A program made the translations under genes and the position numbers. A DNA stretch of 55,485 bases from Candidatus Zixiibacteriota bacterium (GTDB lineage Bacteria > Zixibacteria > MSB-5A5 > GN15 > JAAZOE01). This document shows positions 1 through 8,874 of this stretch, piece by piece (the stretch's first letter is position 1; each line of letters begins with the position of its first letter). Location: positions 1 to 55,485 of the forward strand of contig JBDREQ010000007.1 of assembly GCA_043819555.1 (NCBI GenBank). Reading direction: 5' to 3'. The notes under the pieces were generated by a model that was given only the letters and a program-made list of their open reading frames with translations, ran no database searches and was not told the DNA's origin.

Positions 1-95
1 GTATTAAACGGGAAACGATGAAATTGAGAAAATATCACAATTTAAAACAATATGTGATGGCATAAGAAAGTGATTGCAATGAGAAAAGGTGTCTC

Positions 96-335
96 TTATA
101 TTTGAAATACAAAATACGAAAGGTTTTGACGACGTACACTCACTTTCTTAGCAAGCCCTTCAATCTCCCGCAGGGCAAGAGGTGATGGTTGGCTTCGTCC
201 CGCTTCCCAACGGTTGACGGTGGAAAAAGTCACGCCTATTTTGGCCGCGAACTGTTCTTGTGTGAGGTCCAGTTGGATACGAAGTCGTTTGATTGTATCA
301 GCTCTATCTTTTCCGCTGGCTTTCTTACCGGCCAT
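96..335 (-). CDS. XRE/Cro-family helix-turn-helix transcriptional regulator
   Basis: LRIQLDLTQEQFAAKIGVTFSTVNRWEAG is a typical HTH_3 motif. The start is moved to ATG 335 because a GGAGGT SD lies at 343-348. Confidence 0.85.
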   Translation of the reverse strand: MAGKKASGKDRADTIKRLRIQLDLTQEQFAAKIGVTFSTVNRWEAGRSQPSPLALREIEGLAKKVSVRRQNLSYFVFQI

Positions 336-368
336 GAACTTTACCTCCGCCAAGGAAGAACAGAACGT

Positions 369-424
369 CTATGTCAAATCGCATATGATATAGCAAACTA
401 TATAGATTGTTGTATGGATGTCAA
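369..424 (-). promoter_or_regulatory. Promoter and probable autoregulatory operator of the XRE gene
   Basis: Minus strand TTGACA-N16-TATAGT. An imperfect inverted repeat CTATGTCA-N9-TGATATAG lies at 369-393. Confidence 0.55.
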
Positions 425-549
425 TCAAAATATGATTACTTAGTCCATACTGGCAAAGCCCTAGTGGTCTACTATGGGTTGTGCGATATACCATGTTATT
501 CTTAGTTATTAGGGGCGAAATCTGCGTAAGTACTTGTGGTACAATAAGA

Positions 550-714
550 TGGAGGTGGGGGGATTCTCCAAAGCCTGTCTTTGCAATCTCATGGGGCATG
601 GTCAAGTGCGACATAACCCGCTATACTGGAGTCAATTAGGCATTTTTGTGTAGTTTTGTCTATCTTTGCCTAGTTGTGTCTATGTTGGTCATAGGTGGGC
701 ACAGAGTGGGCACA
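550..714 (-). other. att-like site: tmRNA 3'-end fragment with phased repeats and arm-type direct repeats
   Basis: Minus strand 566-550 reads GAATCCCCCCACCTCCA, matching the 3' half of the tmRNA T-arm plus acceptor strand. Four phased 10-mers lie at 651-690. GTGGGCACA is repeated at 695-703 and 706-714. Confidence 0.55.
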
Positions 715-749
715 AACAAAGAGAGGACCACATCCGGCATGGTCCTCTC
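714..749 (-). terminator. Intrinsic terminator downstream of the beta-helix gene
   Basis: GAGAGGACCA/TGGTCCTCTC 10-bp stem followed by TTTGTTT on the minus strand. Confidence 0.7.
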
Positions 750-800
750 GCGTATTAGAGACGTCTTTCTCAGTTGTCTACATCAGTAAACATTGTATTG

Positions 801-2414
801 TCACCGCACTCGATGACTCATCATTGCCAACTTTGCTTCATGCTTTTGCCGCATCGCATTCTTTACGCTGTGGCTCACCTTGATGTACATGTTATTGACA
901 CCCGTGAAGCTGTTATTCTTGGGAACTACGTTCTCGCGGACTGACTTGTCATCGTACGTCTGCGCATTACCGTTGGCATCTGGTGGAAGCGGATTATCAT
1001 CCCAGTCATATCCTGGTTCATCGAAGATGTTCACCTTATTATTACCCCCTACAACAACAGAATTTGTGACATAAGAACCAAGCCAGATAGGCGCCGCTGT
1101 GAAGCCCCAGGGATTGACACCGGTGTTCTCCCATTGCTGTAGGTTATTGCCTATCAAGGTTGCGCTTCCGGGCCACTGTTCCAAAACCCCCAGATGAATA
1201 GCCGCTGATCCCCTTCCGGTGATTTTGTTGTTCGCTATTAACACATCACGCACACCTTCTGTGAAGATCGGTCCAAACAGGAAGGAATCATCACTGTGGA
1301 TATTGTTGTTCGAAATAACAGCCGATATTTCTCCTTTTTCTGGCTCGACCCAGAGTTCAACACCGGCAAACCAAGAATCCGGAATCATGTTGATCGTATT
1401 GTTCTTAAAACTAAGAGAACACATGACATTATTTTCATCAGCCCAAAAACCAAATCCTGCGGAATTGTTTATTTCAACGCGAGAAATGTTGATGTTACAG
1501 TCACCTACACCATAAGCATTTATTGCATATACCTGTGCTTCAGTAGTATTGGTGTATGTGTTTTTGTCAGCAGGTTTTCCTCCAATATTAATAGTAGCTC
1601 CTTCAAGAGCACCATAATCCATCATTACAAAGTTACCGTCTATAAAATCACAGGACTTCATATTATGAACACCTGCGCCGCCACCGTAGCATTCCCACAT
1701 AAGTGGTATTTCAGGCATGCCCTCTGAGTTAAGACTCCCTTTGAATTGGACATTGATACAATCGGTGCCCAACTGTCCACCCAGACCATAAATACCGGAG
1801 CCAAGATTAACATACGACAACAGACCATTCGTTGCTGGAAGTCCGGGGAATTCCCACTGATCGGCTGGTCCGGATTCAGATTCAAATGAAAGATCCCGGA
1901 TACCAAAGTAATCGAAATCCCAAACCATGAATATTGCCGGAAGATCAAGGAACGTCTCAAAGGGTGCATCTCCGGGGCCGCGGACTGCCTTAATTGTGGT
2001 AACGCCTTTTCCAGATCCTTTAATTGTACCGACAAATAGATCAGCACAGTATCCCTGAAGATCCTCATCAAAAGACTGTCTCACGAGACCTCCATGTACA
2101 TAAAAAGTTCCCGGCCCAAGATAAAGCGTTCCCCCCGAGTTCATCACCGGGTCAAGGATGGCCGCCCGAAGATTCTCGGTATCCTGTGTGGCATCCCCAC
2201 TCGGCATAAGCGAGATACTGGGACCACTGGCATGTACTTTTAACATCGCATCATTCTGTAACACATCCTGATCTTCAACCTTAAGAATGCTGCCGCTTTC
2301 GCCGCATCCACAGATCATCAGGCACAAAATCGCAAGCAAACCTGCGAAAAACGAAAGGATGATTGCTGTACGTCCCGTGTTTTGGTGTGGATGAAGTTGA
2401 ACATTGTTCCTCAT
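801..2414 (-). CDS. Secreted or lipoprotein with right-handed parallel beta-helix repeats (element cargo)
   Basis: Hydrophobic N-terminus ending ICGC, a GGTLYLGPGTF start motif, repeated (I/V)xNNxI turns and a GGGAGG SD. Confidence 0.65.
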   Translation of the reverse strand: MRNNVQLHPHQNTGRTAIILSFFAGLLAILCLMICGCGESGSILKVEDQDVLQNDAMLKVHASGPSISLMPSGDATQDTENLRAAILDPVMNSGGTLYLGPGTFYVHGGLVRQSFDEDLQGYCADLFVGTIKGSGKGVTTIKAVRGPGDAPFETFLDLPAIFMVWDFDYFGIRDLSFESESGPADQWEFPGLPATNGLLSYVNLGSGIYGLGGQLGTDCINVQFKGSLNSEGMPEIPLMWECYGGGAGVHNMKSCDFIDGNFVMMDYGALEGATINIGGKPADKNTYTNTTEAQVYAINAYGVGDCNINISRVEINNSAGFGFWADENNVMCSLSFKNNTINMIPDSWFAGVELWVEPEKGEISAVISNNNIHSDDSFLFGPIFTEGVRDVLIANNKITGRGSAAIHLGVLEQWPGSATLIGNNLQQWENTGVNPWGFTAAPIWLGSYVTNSVVVGGNNKVNIFDEPGYDWDDNPLPPDANGNAQTYDDKSVRENVVPKNNSFTGVNNMYIKVSHSVKNAMRQKHEAKLAMMSHRVR

Positions 2415-2942
2415 TACAATTTACCTCCCATGATAAATGTGATGTAAGGATAATGATATTATTTGGTTAATCTCAGTTTTGATAGAGTAATCCGAAGCGA
2501 GAGACAGAAGAACTTGAACGAAAAATGCTCTCTTCACGTCGCCTTGGTTATGGGTGGAATTGTCAGTCACCCCCGTACATAGATATGAGTGCACCATTGC
2601 CCGAATTACCCCCAAGAGATCTGTCTATGCGTTATCTATTGGCCGAATACACTAAATTTACAGAATTGAACTCCTTAAATATAACAATTATGGCCCATTT
2701 TGTCAACGAAATAGCGGTGTGTAGAGATATCGATAAAATTTTTCAGGTAGTGCGAATAGTCCAAAATCAATCATAATTTACTTGACATTATTTAAATGAT
2801 TGCCGATAGTATAAGTGAACCTCATACGACCCGGCATTTTTTATGCCCGAAAATATAGCCCGTGAGACGGGTGCCTACTTTCTTTACCGGGAGTATGGGG
2901 TTCCACTCGTCGAGCGGGCATTTTGTTTGAAAGGAGTTCCTT

Positions 2943-3758
2943 ATGAACCCCAAGGAAACTTCTCAGACGGTTCCCAGGGGGATAATTCCCGGGGAATCCC
3001 CTCCACCAATCATTGCAGGCTATATCCGGGTTTCAACCGAAAAGCAGGTTGACGGATATAGCCTTGAAGCCCAGGAATGTGAGATTCAAGAATATGCACG
3101 AAAGAAAAAGCTGGGTAAAATCTTCATACATATTGAAAGGGGCATATCTGGTGACTTGGAAGAGCGCCCTGCTCTTGGTCGGTTAATGGTCAGTGTCAAG
3201 GAAGGTTGTGTCGGGAAGGTAATAGTCGTCAGGCTCGATCGACTGGCCCGTGACCTGATGCTTCAGGAAAACATTCTGGCCGATCTCAAAAAACATAACA
3301 CCGAGCTGATTTCAATCGATGAGCCGGGTTTATGCAGCTCTGATCCAACCCGTGTATTATTTCGTCAAATCAAAGGTGCAATCAGCGAATATGAAAAGAA
3401 GATGATCAAAGTTCGTCTGAAAGCTGGGCGCATGTCAAAAGCGGGTAATGGCGGATTTGTCGGTGGACGCAGGCCGTTGGGCTATAAGCGCGTTGATCAT
3501 TTCAATGGGAAGAAGCGACCCGATTTAGAAATTGATCCTGAATCAATGGAAACAATTGGCTTGATCTTCATTCTCAAACGCAATGGCTGGAGCCAATCAA
3601 GGATCGCGCGCTATTTGCAGGAAAACGGATTCAACACCGCTCGCAGTGGAAATTGGTATCAAAGCACTGTACGTGCGATCTTGACAAATCCTATTTATAA
3701 AGGTTGCATGAAATATAATGGGTTGTCCATTAAGAGATCAGACCTCAAGATAAGTTGA
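2943..3758 (+). CDS. Serine recombinase (resolvase catalytic domain plus recombinase domain, no zinc ribbon)
   Basis: GYIRVSTEKQ catalytic Ser, RLDRLAR, GGRRPLGY and WYQSTVRAILTNPIYKG motifs; AAGGAG SD. Confidence 0.9.
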   Translation: MNPKETSQTVPRGIIPGESPPPIIAGYIRVSTEKQVDGYSLEAQECEIQEYARKKKLGKIFIHIERGISGDLEERPALGRLMVSVKEGCVGKVIVVRLDRLARDLMLQENILADLKKHNTELISIDEPGLCSSDPTRVLFRQIKGAISEYEKKMIKVRLKAGRMSKAGNGGFVGGRRPLGYKRVDHFNGKKRPDLEIDPESMETIGLIFILKRNGWSQSRIARYLQENGFNTARSGNWYQSTVRAILTNPIYKGCMKYNGLSIKRSDLKIS

Positions 3759-4066
3759 ATGATGAAAAACCGTCATCATTATTTGGGTCGAATTCACACA
3801 ACCCTGAAAATCGTTAAGGTAAAAGTACAATACGATTTTTAATTTATAACCGGGCTACACGTAGATTCATTCTGGCGACCTAGGTAAATTAAGTGCTTTG
3901 CTCATCGATTAGAATAGACCAAGAATAGAGTTGGCCTAACGAAAATAAAATTCAAAAATTAAAATAACTGAAACTTCTTTTGATAAAACACGTATGCAAT
4001 GTAGAGGGTATAATTTAAAACATTAAAGGAATGTGGTAATTTGAATTATTTAATGGAGTTAGCCGA

Positions 4067-4321
4067 ATGAGAAGTTTTTTGACACGTCTCAATAGACTCG
4101 AGGATAAAGTGAAATCCAAGATTCCTCCCTTTGATCCTGCCATTACAGCATTGCGACGCAGTAAGGCAGCTATTGGTTTGTCTCGATATCACATACAAGT
4201 GACTCCTCGTTTAATTGACAAGCTGGTCTTGGGTAATTTGAATCGATTCGGTGATCGCTTTGAATCAGAGATAAAATATATTATAGACAATCCTTGCAAT
4301 GTAGAGGATTTTGACACATGA
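4067..4321 (+). CDS. Hypothetical protein (element)
   Basis: 84-aa ORF with a GGAG SD, co-oriented with the element module. Confidence 0.5.
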   Translation: MRSFLTRLNRLEDKVKSKIPPFDPAITALRRSKAAIGLSRYHIQVTPRLIDKLVLGNLNRFGDRFESEIKYIIDNPCNVEDFDT

Positions 4322-4538
4322 AACCAAAAGGAGACTGATAAAAACAGGTGAGAAAAGGTACAAATTACGCCAAATATGCCTGTAAACCATTATGTTAGCC
4401 AGAGGAGAATGTATGAAAATAAATAAAAATCCGCCTTAGCGAAGACAAGATTGAAATACGGTAATATCCGTTTAATTACCGAAAGAGAGAAGAAAGCGAC
4501 AGGATCAGTTTTTTTAATCAATTTCTAAAGGAAAAAAA

Positions 4539-4670
4539 ATGAGAAAACAAATGATCAAAGTCGCACAAATTCCAGAAGAACTTATCATTCTGGGTGATGC
4601 AATAGCGGTGATTCTCGCGAAAGATTATCTGCGCAAGCATAAGGAGAACAAAAAGGGGGGAATCTTTTAG
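4539..4670 (+). CDS. Small 43-aa protein MRKQMIKVAQIPEELIILGDAIAVILAKDYLRKHKENKKGGIF (not in the ORF track)
   Basis: AAGGA upstream; its TAG stop directly abuts the ATG at 4671. Confidence 0.5.
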   Translation: MRKQMIKVAQIPEELIILGDAIAVILAKDYLRKHKENKKGGIF

Positions 4671-4970
4671 ATGTCAAATAAATATGACTCAAGAAAAAAT
4701 GAATATCGAACGACAGATATTTATCTTACTTCGTTCCTAATTGCAGCTGAGCATACTCGGCTTGTTTGTGTAGAACCATCAGGAATGCGACGCAAAATCT
4801 TTGTATTGCAGCCTTATCCTGATGAAAAAATCCTACAATCATTCTACTCCAAAGGAAAATCCTCAAGGATCGCGGCTCTAACAATAATGAACGAGCTGCG
4901 AAATTTGAAGGCTATAATTATGGCACAGCATTGTGCCCCGAAGGGAGGTGATATCAGTGAATGGTGTTGA
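4671..4970 (+). CDS. DUF5659-like small protein
   Basis: The pattern YRTTDIYLTSFL...RKIFV resembles DUF5659 proteins of phage-like elements (recalled from memory). Confidence 0.6.
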   Translation: MSNKYDSRKNEYRTTDIYLTSFLIAAEHTRLVCVEPSGMRRKIFVLQPYPDEKILQSFYSKGKSSRIAALTIMNELRNLKAIIMAQHCAPKGGDISEWC

Positions 4971-5051
4971 TTCAATCTTAAACATTACGACCATTGCATA
5001 TTTAATATTTCTGCCAAATAGACTCCACTCCCTTCATAAGGGGGTTAAGAT

Positions 5052-6410
5052 ATGCAAGTAGAATCAAAAATTGAAGAATCTATAAACAATGACAAAAATG
5101 AATCATCAATTGCTTATAAATATAAAGATCTAAAAAGGGTAATCGTTGCAAATTTCGATGAGCGAGTATGGTTTTTGGCTGATGCATGTCTTTCAGTTAT
5201 TGCAACACTTGGATTGAAGGACCAGCAGAATCCAGTTGGATTGAATATAATTGGCCCTGCATCATCGGAAAAGACCACTGTATTGTCGTTTTTCTATGGT
5301 AACGATGATTTGGTTTATCACTCTGATAATTTTACACCAGCGTCGTTTGTGTCACATTCCGCCAATACTAAAAAGGCCAAACTGGTAGATGTGGATATGC
5401 TCCCGAAAATAAAGGGAAAATGCCTCATTATACCAGAGTTAGCGCCTATATTTGGCACAAATAAAGACGAATTGTTGCGCAATTTTTCTGTGTTAACCCG
5501 CGTATTCGATGGCGAAGGTTTAACAACCAATTCAGGAGTACATGGACAGCGCGGTTATGAGGGTGATTATTATTTTGCCTGGTTAGGTGCTTCTACTCCA
5601 ATTCGAAAAGCTGTTTGGAACATTATGGGACAATTAGGGAGCCGCTTGTTGTTTTTAAGCTTGCCTTCCGGACTTTCCGTTAGAGCCAAACAAAACAAGA
5701 TGCTTGAAGAGTTTTTTGGTCGTGAGGCTTATCGTGATCGAGTGAATGCTTGTCAAGTAGCTGTACGGGACTTCCTGGAGTATTTTATGGCACAGTTTGA
5801 GGGTGAAGGCCCCAATCGGTATTATCGCGCCGTTGATTGGGAGAGACATACTGAATCCAAAGACATTGTCGAGCAAATAATCAAACTGTCATCATTTACT
5901 GTCAGGGCTCGTCAGGCAATTACAAACTGGAACGAAAACCATAGTGGTAGGACAGAAGTCAATTATAGTCAACCAATTCCTGAAGAGCCTGATAGACTAT
6001 TTTCAGTGCTGTATGGTTTGGCGCGTGGACATGCGATACTAAGTGGTCGAAAGAGATTAACTTCTGACGATATGCCGCTAATAACTGAAATCGCGTTATC
6101 AACCATGCCTGATGACCGTCGAGATACTGTTGAACTTTTGTTAAGCGAGCATCCCGATAAATCATCTGGTTTAGGTAGTCTAACATCATCTGAGTTAACC
6201 AGTATCAAGAAAATCAGCAAGCCAAAAGCTTTGCGGATATTCGAAAAGATAGCTGTGCTCGGATTGGTCACTCTAGATAAATCTGAAGGTCCAGGACCCA
6301 GTAGAATCAAGTTAATAAAAGAATTTGATTGGCTTTTGAGTGGTATCTTTCAGAAAAACCGATTTGCATGGCAACACCGGCAGAATTTTGATCCGGAATT
6401 ACCATTTTAG
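5052..6410 (+). CDS. AAA+ ATPase, putative replicative helicase (MCM-like) with C-terminal winged helix
   Basis: Walker A variant GPASSEKTT, Walker B-like CLIIPE, LGSRL arginine-finger-like motif and a C-terminal HTH-like segment. Confidence 0.6.
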   Translation: MQVESKIEESINNDKNESSIAYKYKDLKRVIVANFDERVWFLADACLSVIATLGLKDQQNPVGLNIIGPASSEKTTVLSFFYGNDDLVYHSDNFTPASFVSHSANTKKAKLVDVDMLPKIKGKCLIIPELAPIFGTNKDELLRNFSVLTRVFDGEGLTTNSGVHGQRGYEGDYYFAWLGASTPIRKAVWNIMGQLGSRLLFLSLPSGLSVRAKQNKMLEEFFGREAYRDRVNACQVAVRDFLEYFMAQFEGEGPNRYYRAVDWERHTESKDIVEQIIKLSSFTVRARQAITNWNENHSGRTEVNYSQPIPEEPDRLFSVLYGLARGHAILSGRKRLTSDDMPLITEIALSTMPDDRRDTVELLLSEHPDKSSGLGSLTSSELTSIKKISKPKALRIFEKIAVLGLVTLDKSEGPGPSRIKLIKEFDWLLSGIFQKNRFAWQHRQNFDPELPF

Positions 6411-6420
6411 TCAGGTAAAA

Positions 6421-6448
6421 GGAATGGGAGTTTTCGGACTCCCATTCC
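6421..6448. terminator. Strong hairpin between the helicase-like gene and the integrase
   Basis: GGAATGGGAGT-6 nt-ACTCCCATTCC perfect 11-bp stem. Confidence 0.55.
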
Positions 6449-6602
6449 CTGAAATTTAAAGTAAGAGAGTGGTTTATGAGAAAACGGAATATGAGCATTG
6501 GTGTTACTTTAACATTTTTTAGGATTGTGTGTGAAAACAGATACTTGCGTTTTGAGAATGTAAGACCTATTTTAAACCAATCTATAAACCAGGGGCATAT
6601 TT

Positions 6603-8264
6603 ATGAAATGTGCGATTTATGCGCGGTATTCATCAGATAATCAAAAAGAAACTTCGATTGAAGATCAAATACGGGAATGCAAATCTTATATTGACCGGCA
6701 AGGGTGGGTGTTATCTGAAGAACATATTTATACAGATTACGCTTTGAGTGGAGCTGATACTTCCCGTCCAAGTTATATGGCTCTTAAGCAAATGGCTAAC
6801 CAGCTAAAATTCGATGCAATCGTAGTCGATGATTTAAGCCGATTAGGACGTGATGCGGGTGAGTCAATCACTGTTTATAAGGAATTTGAAATTCTTAACG
6901 TTGGAATTGTGTCTGCCTCCGAGGGTATCGATACCTCCACAAAGTCAGGCAAATTACCACTATATTTTAAGGGAATCATGAATGAAATGTTTCTTGATGA
7001 CCTAAAAACTAAAGTTAGAAGAGGACTTAAAGGTCAGGTGGAGCGAGGATATTCAGCCGGTGGCCGAGTGTACGGCTACAAATACGTTCCTGAATACGAT
7101 CCATCTGGTGCGAAGGATAAATTTGGTCGCCCAAAACGGATTGGTGTGAGGATTGAGATTAACGAAGCGCAATCAGAGGTTATTAGAGAGATTTTTGATT
7201 TGGCTCGAAGAGGGTATGGGCAACGATATATAGCAGATTATTTAAATCGAGAAGGAATTTGTTCCCCGCGGGCCAAAACCAAGAACAGGTCTGGCCTTTG
7301 GTCTAAATCGTCAATCTTCACCATTCTAAATCAGCGGAAATATATCGGTGACTGGACATGGAATAAGTCCCGGATGATCAAGTTCCCAGACCGTAAAAAT
7401 CGAGTGCGTATTGCCAATCCAGAAGTGGATTGGGTAAAACATCAATGTGAAAACTTAAGAATTGTCTGTCAGGATGACTGGAGCGCGGTTCACCACAAGC
7501 CCGGATATAATGGATTGCGGAAAATGAGCCCGGCGAGGAATAAGAGTTCTTATCTTCTTTCTGGATTGTTAAGATGCTCAAAGTGCGGTCGCTCAATGAT
7601 TGTAAACAATTCAGGTAAATACTCGGCATATATGTGTAGCGGGTACAAAAATGGTGGGATTTCGGTTTGTGACAATACGAAGCGAATACTAAGGTCGAAG
7701 TTAGAAGCTGTAGTTATTGATGGCATCCGTCAACCATTTACGAACCCAGTTTTATTAAACGCAGCATATTGGAAATTCATAAAGAAGATAAAAGAAGGTC
7801 AGTCTAGAAACCGATTGTGCCAGAATGAACTTATAAATCAAAGGGTCGATTTGGAAAATCAGATTGATAATATCGTTTCATTCATCCAGTCGGGTGATAC
7901 CAGTAAAGCCGTGCGAGCCAAGCTGTCAGCTTTAGAAGATAAACTTTCCCTAATTGAAGCGGAGTTGGATTCTATTAAATCAGGTTCCAAGCTCCCGAAA
8001 GTCTCAATATCTGAATTTTCGAATGATGCTATTGCCCTTATAGATGGTTTGGGAGAGAAATCGGATTCAACTGTAAGAATTAATCATGTTCTTAAGCAGA
8101 TAATTCCGGAGCCGATGTCAGTGAGTTATTCTGAGTTGTCGGACAAGGTTTTATATAAAGTAAATGGGGAGCTTAGGCCTTTTAGGCTTCCACTCCCCGA
8201 CTTTCCCAACGTCTGGCAGCGGTACTGGGCTGCCCCGCAGCTTGCGGTGGGAAAAATAACTTAA
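6603..8264 (+). CDS. Large serine recombinase (integrase)
   Basis: YARYSSDNQ, DDLSRLGR, a recombinase domain, a zinc ribbon LLSGLLRCSKCG...YMC...C and a coiled coil. Confidence 0.93.
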   Translation: MKCAIYARYSSDNQKETSIEDQIRECKSYIDRQGWVLSEEHIYTDYALSGADTSRPSYMALKQMANQLKFDAIVVDDLSRLGRDAGESITVYKEFEILNVGIVSASEGIDTSTKSGKLPLYFKGIMNEMFLDDLKTKVRRGLKGQVERGYSAGGRVYGYKYVPEYDPSGAKDKFGRPKRIGVRIEINEAQSEVIREIFDLARRGYGQRYIADYLNREGICSPRAKTKNRSGLWSKSSIFTILNQRKYIGDWTWNKSRMIKFPDRKNRVRIANPEVDWVKHQCENLRIVCQDDWSAVHHKPGYNGLRKMSPARNKSSYLLSGLLRCSKCGRSMIVNNSGKYSAYMCSGYKNGGISVCDNTKRILRSKLEAVVIDGIRQPFTNPVLLNAAYWKFIKKIKEGQSRNRLCQNELINQRVDLENQIDNIVSFIQSGDTSKAVRAKLSALEDKLSLIEAELDSIKSGSKLPKVSISEFSNDAIALIDGLGEKSDSTVRINHVLKQIIPEPMSVSYSELSDKVLYKVNGELRPFRLPLPDFPNVWQRYWAAPQLAVGKIT

Positions 8265-8346
8265 CACACCCCGCCCCTGACAGGGCATCCCTCTATAGAT
8301 GGGAAAAAATAAAATGCGATAGCAGGAGCCCTTCAGGCTCCTTCCC
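8225..8346. repeat. Cluster of REP-like palindromic elements at the right boundary of the element
   Basis: Short hairpins CCGCAGCTTGCGG and GCCCCTGACAGGGC. GCAGGAGCCC-N4-GGCTCCTTCCC (8322-8346) recurs at 46097-46121. Confidence 0.55.
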
Positions 8347-8453
8347 GGTTTATTGACGGCGTAAAAATAATAATCAATCCCATTCAATCATAAATTTTTC
8401 TTTGCATTGCTTTTTACAAATTCTTATTATTGAATAACGACAGGTGATAAAAT

Positions 8454-8789
8454 ATGGAAACAGCGACGCGCAAAATAGACGACATCCTTATAATCGAACC
8501 CAAGGGCAAGCTGATGGGCGGCCCGGAATCGGCTTCGTTGAAGGAATTACTCCAGGACAACATTGATCAAGGGCAAATAAAGTTTATTATTGATTTAGCC
8601 AAAGTCAACTGGATGAATTCAAGCGGTCTGGCGGTTTTAATTTCGGCTCTGAAAACGATTCGTAACTCCGGGGGCGAGTTATTCCTCGCCAATATCTCCG
8701 AGAAAATTCAATCAATTTTGGTGATAACGAAACTGGCGCCCGTATTCAAAACTTGCGATTCTCTTGATGAAGCAATTTCATCATTTTAA
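8454..8789 (+). CDS. STAS-domain anti-sigma factor antagonist
   Basis: IIDLAKVNWMNSSGLAVLI STAS signature. Confidence 0.9.
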   Translation: METATRKIDDILIIEPKGKLMGGPESASLKELLQDNIDQGQIKFIIDLAKVNWMNSSGLAVLISALKTIRNSGGELFLANISEKIQSILVITKLAPVFKTCDSLDEAISSF

Positions 8790-8874
8790 GAATAAAATCC
8801 GGGCTGGGCAGTCATTTCAAATAAATTCAAAATGCGCGATCGACATTAATTAAAACATGTTTCACGGAATATTT

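Larger units (their letters stand above)
1..8264. mobile_element. Integrated element (genomic island or satellite-like); left end probably outside the window
   Basis: Two serine recombinases, a DUF5659-like and AAA+ ATPase module, an XRE regulator and att-like sequences. Host-type genes resume at 8454. Confidence 0.7.

Noticed and set aside
550..566. Intact tmRNA or tRNA gene
   Set aside because: Only the last 17 nt match. The upstream sequence lacks the GGTTC half of the T-arm and any 5' acceptor strand.
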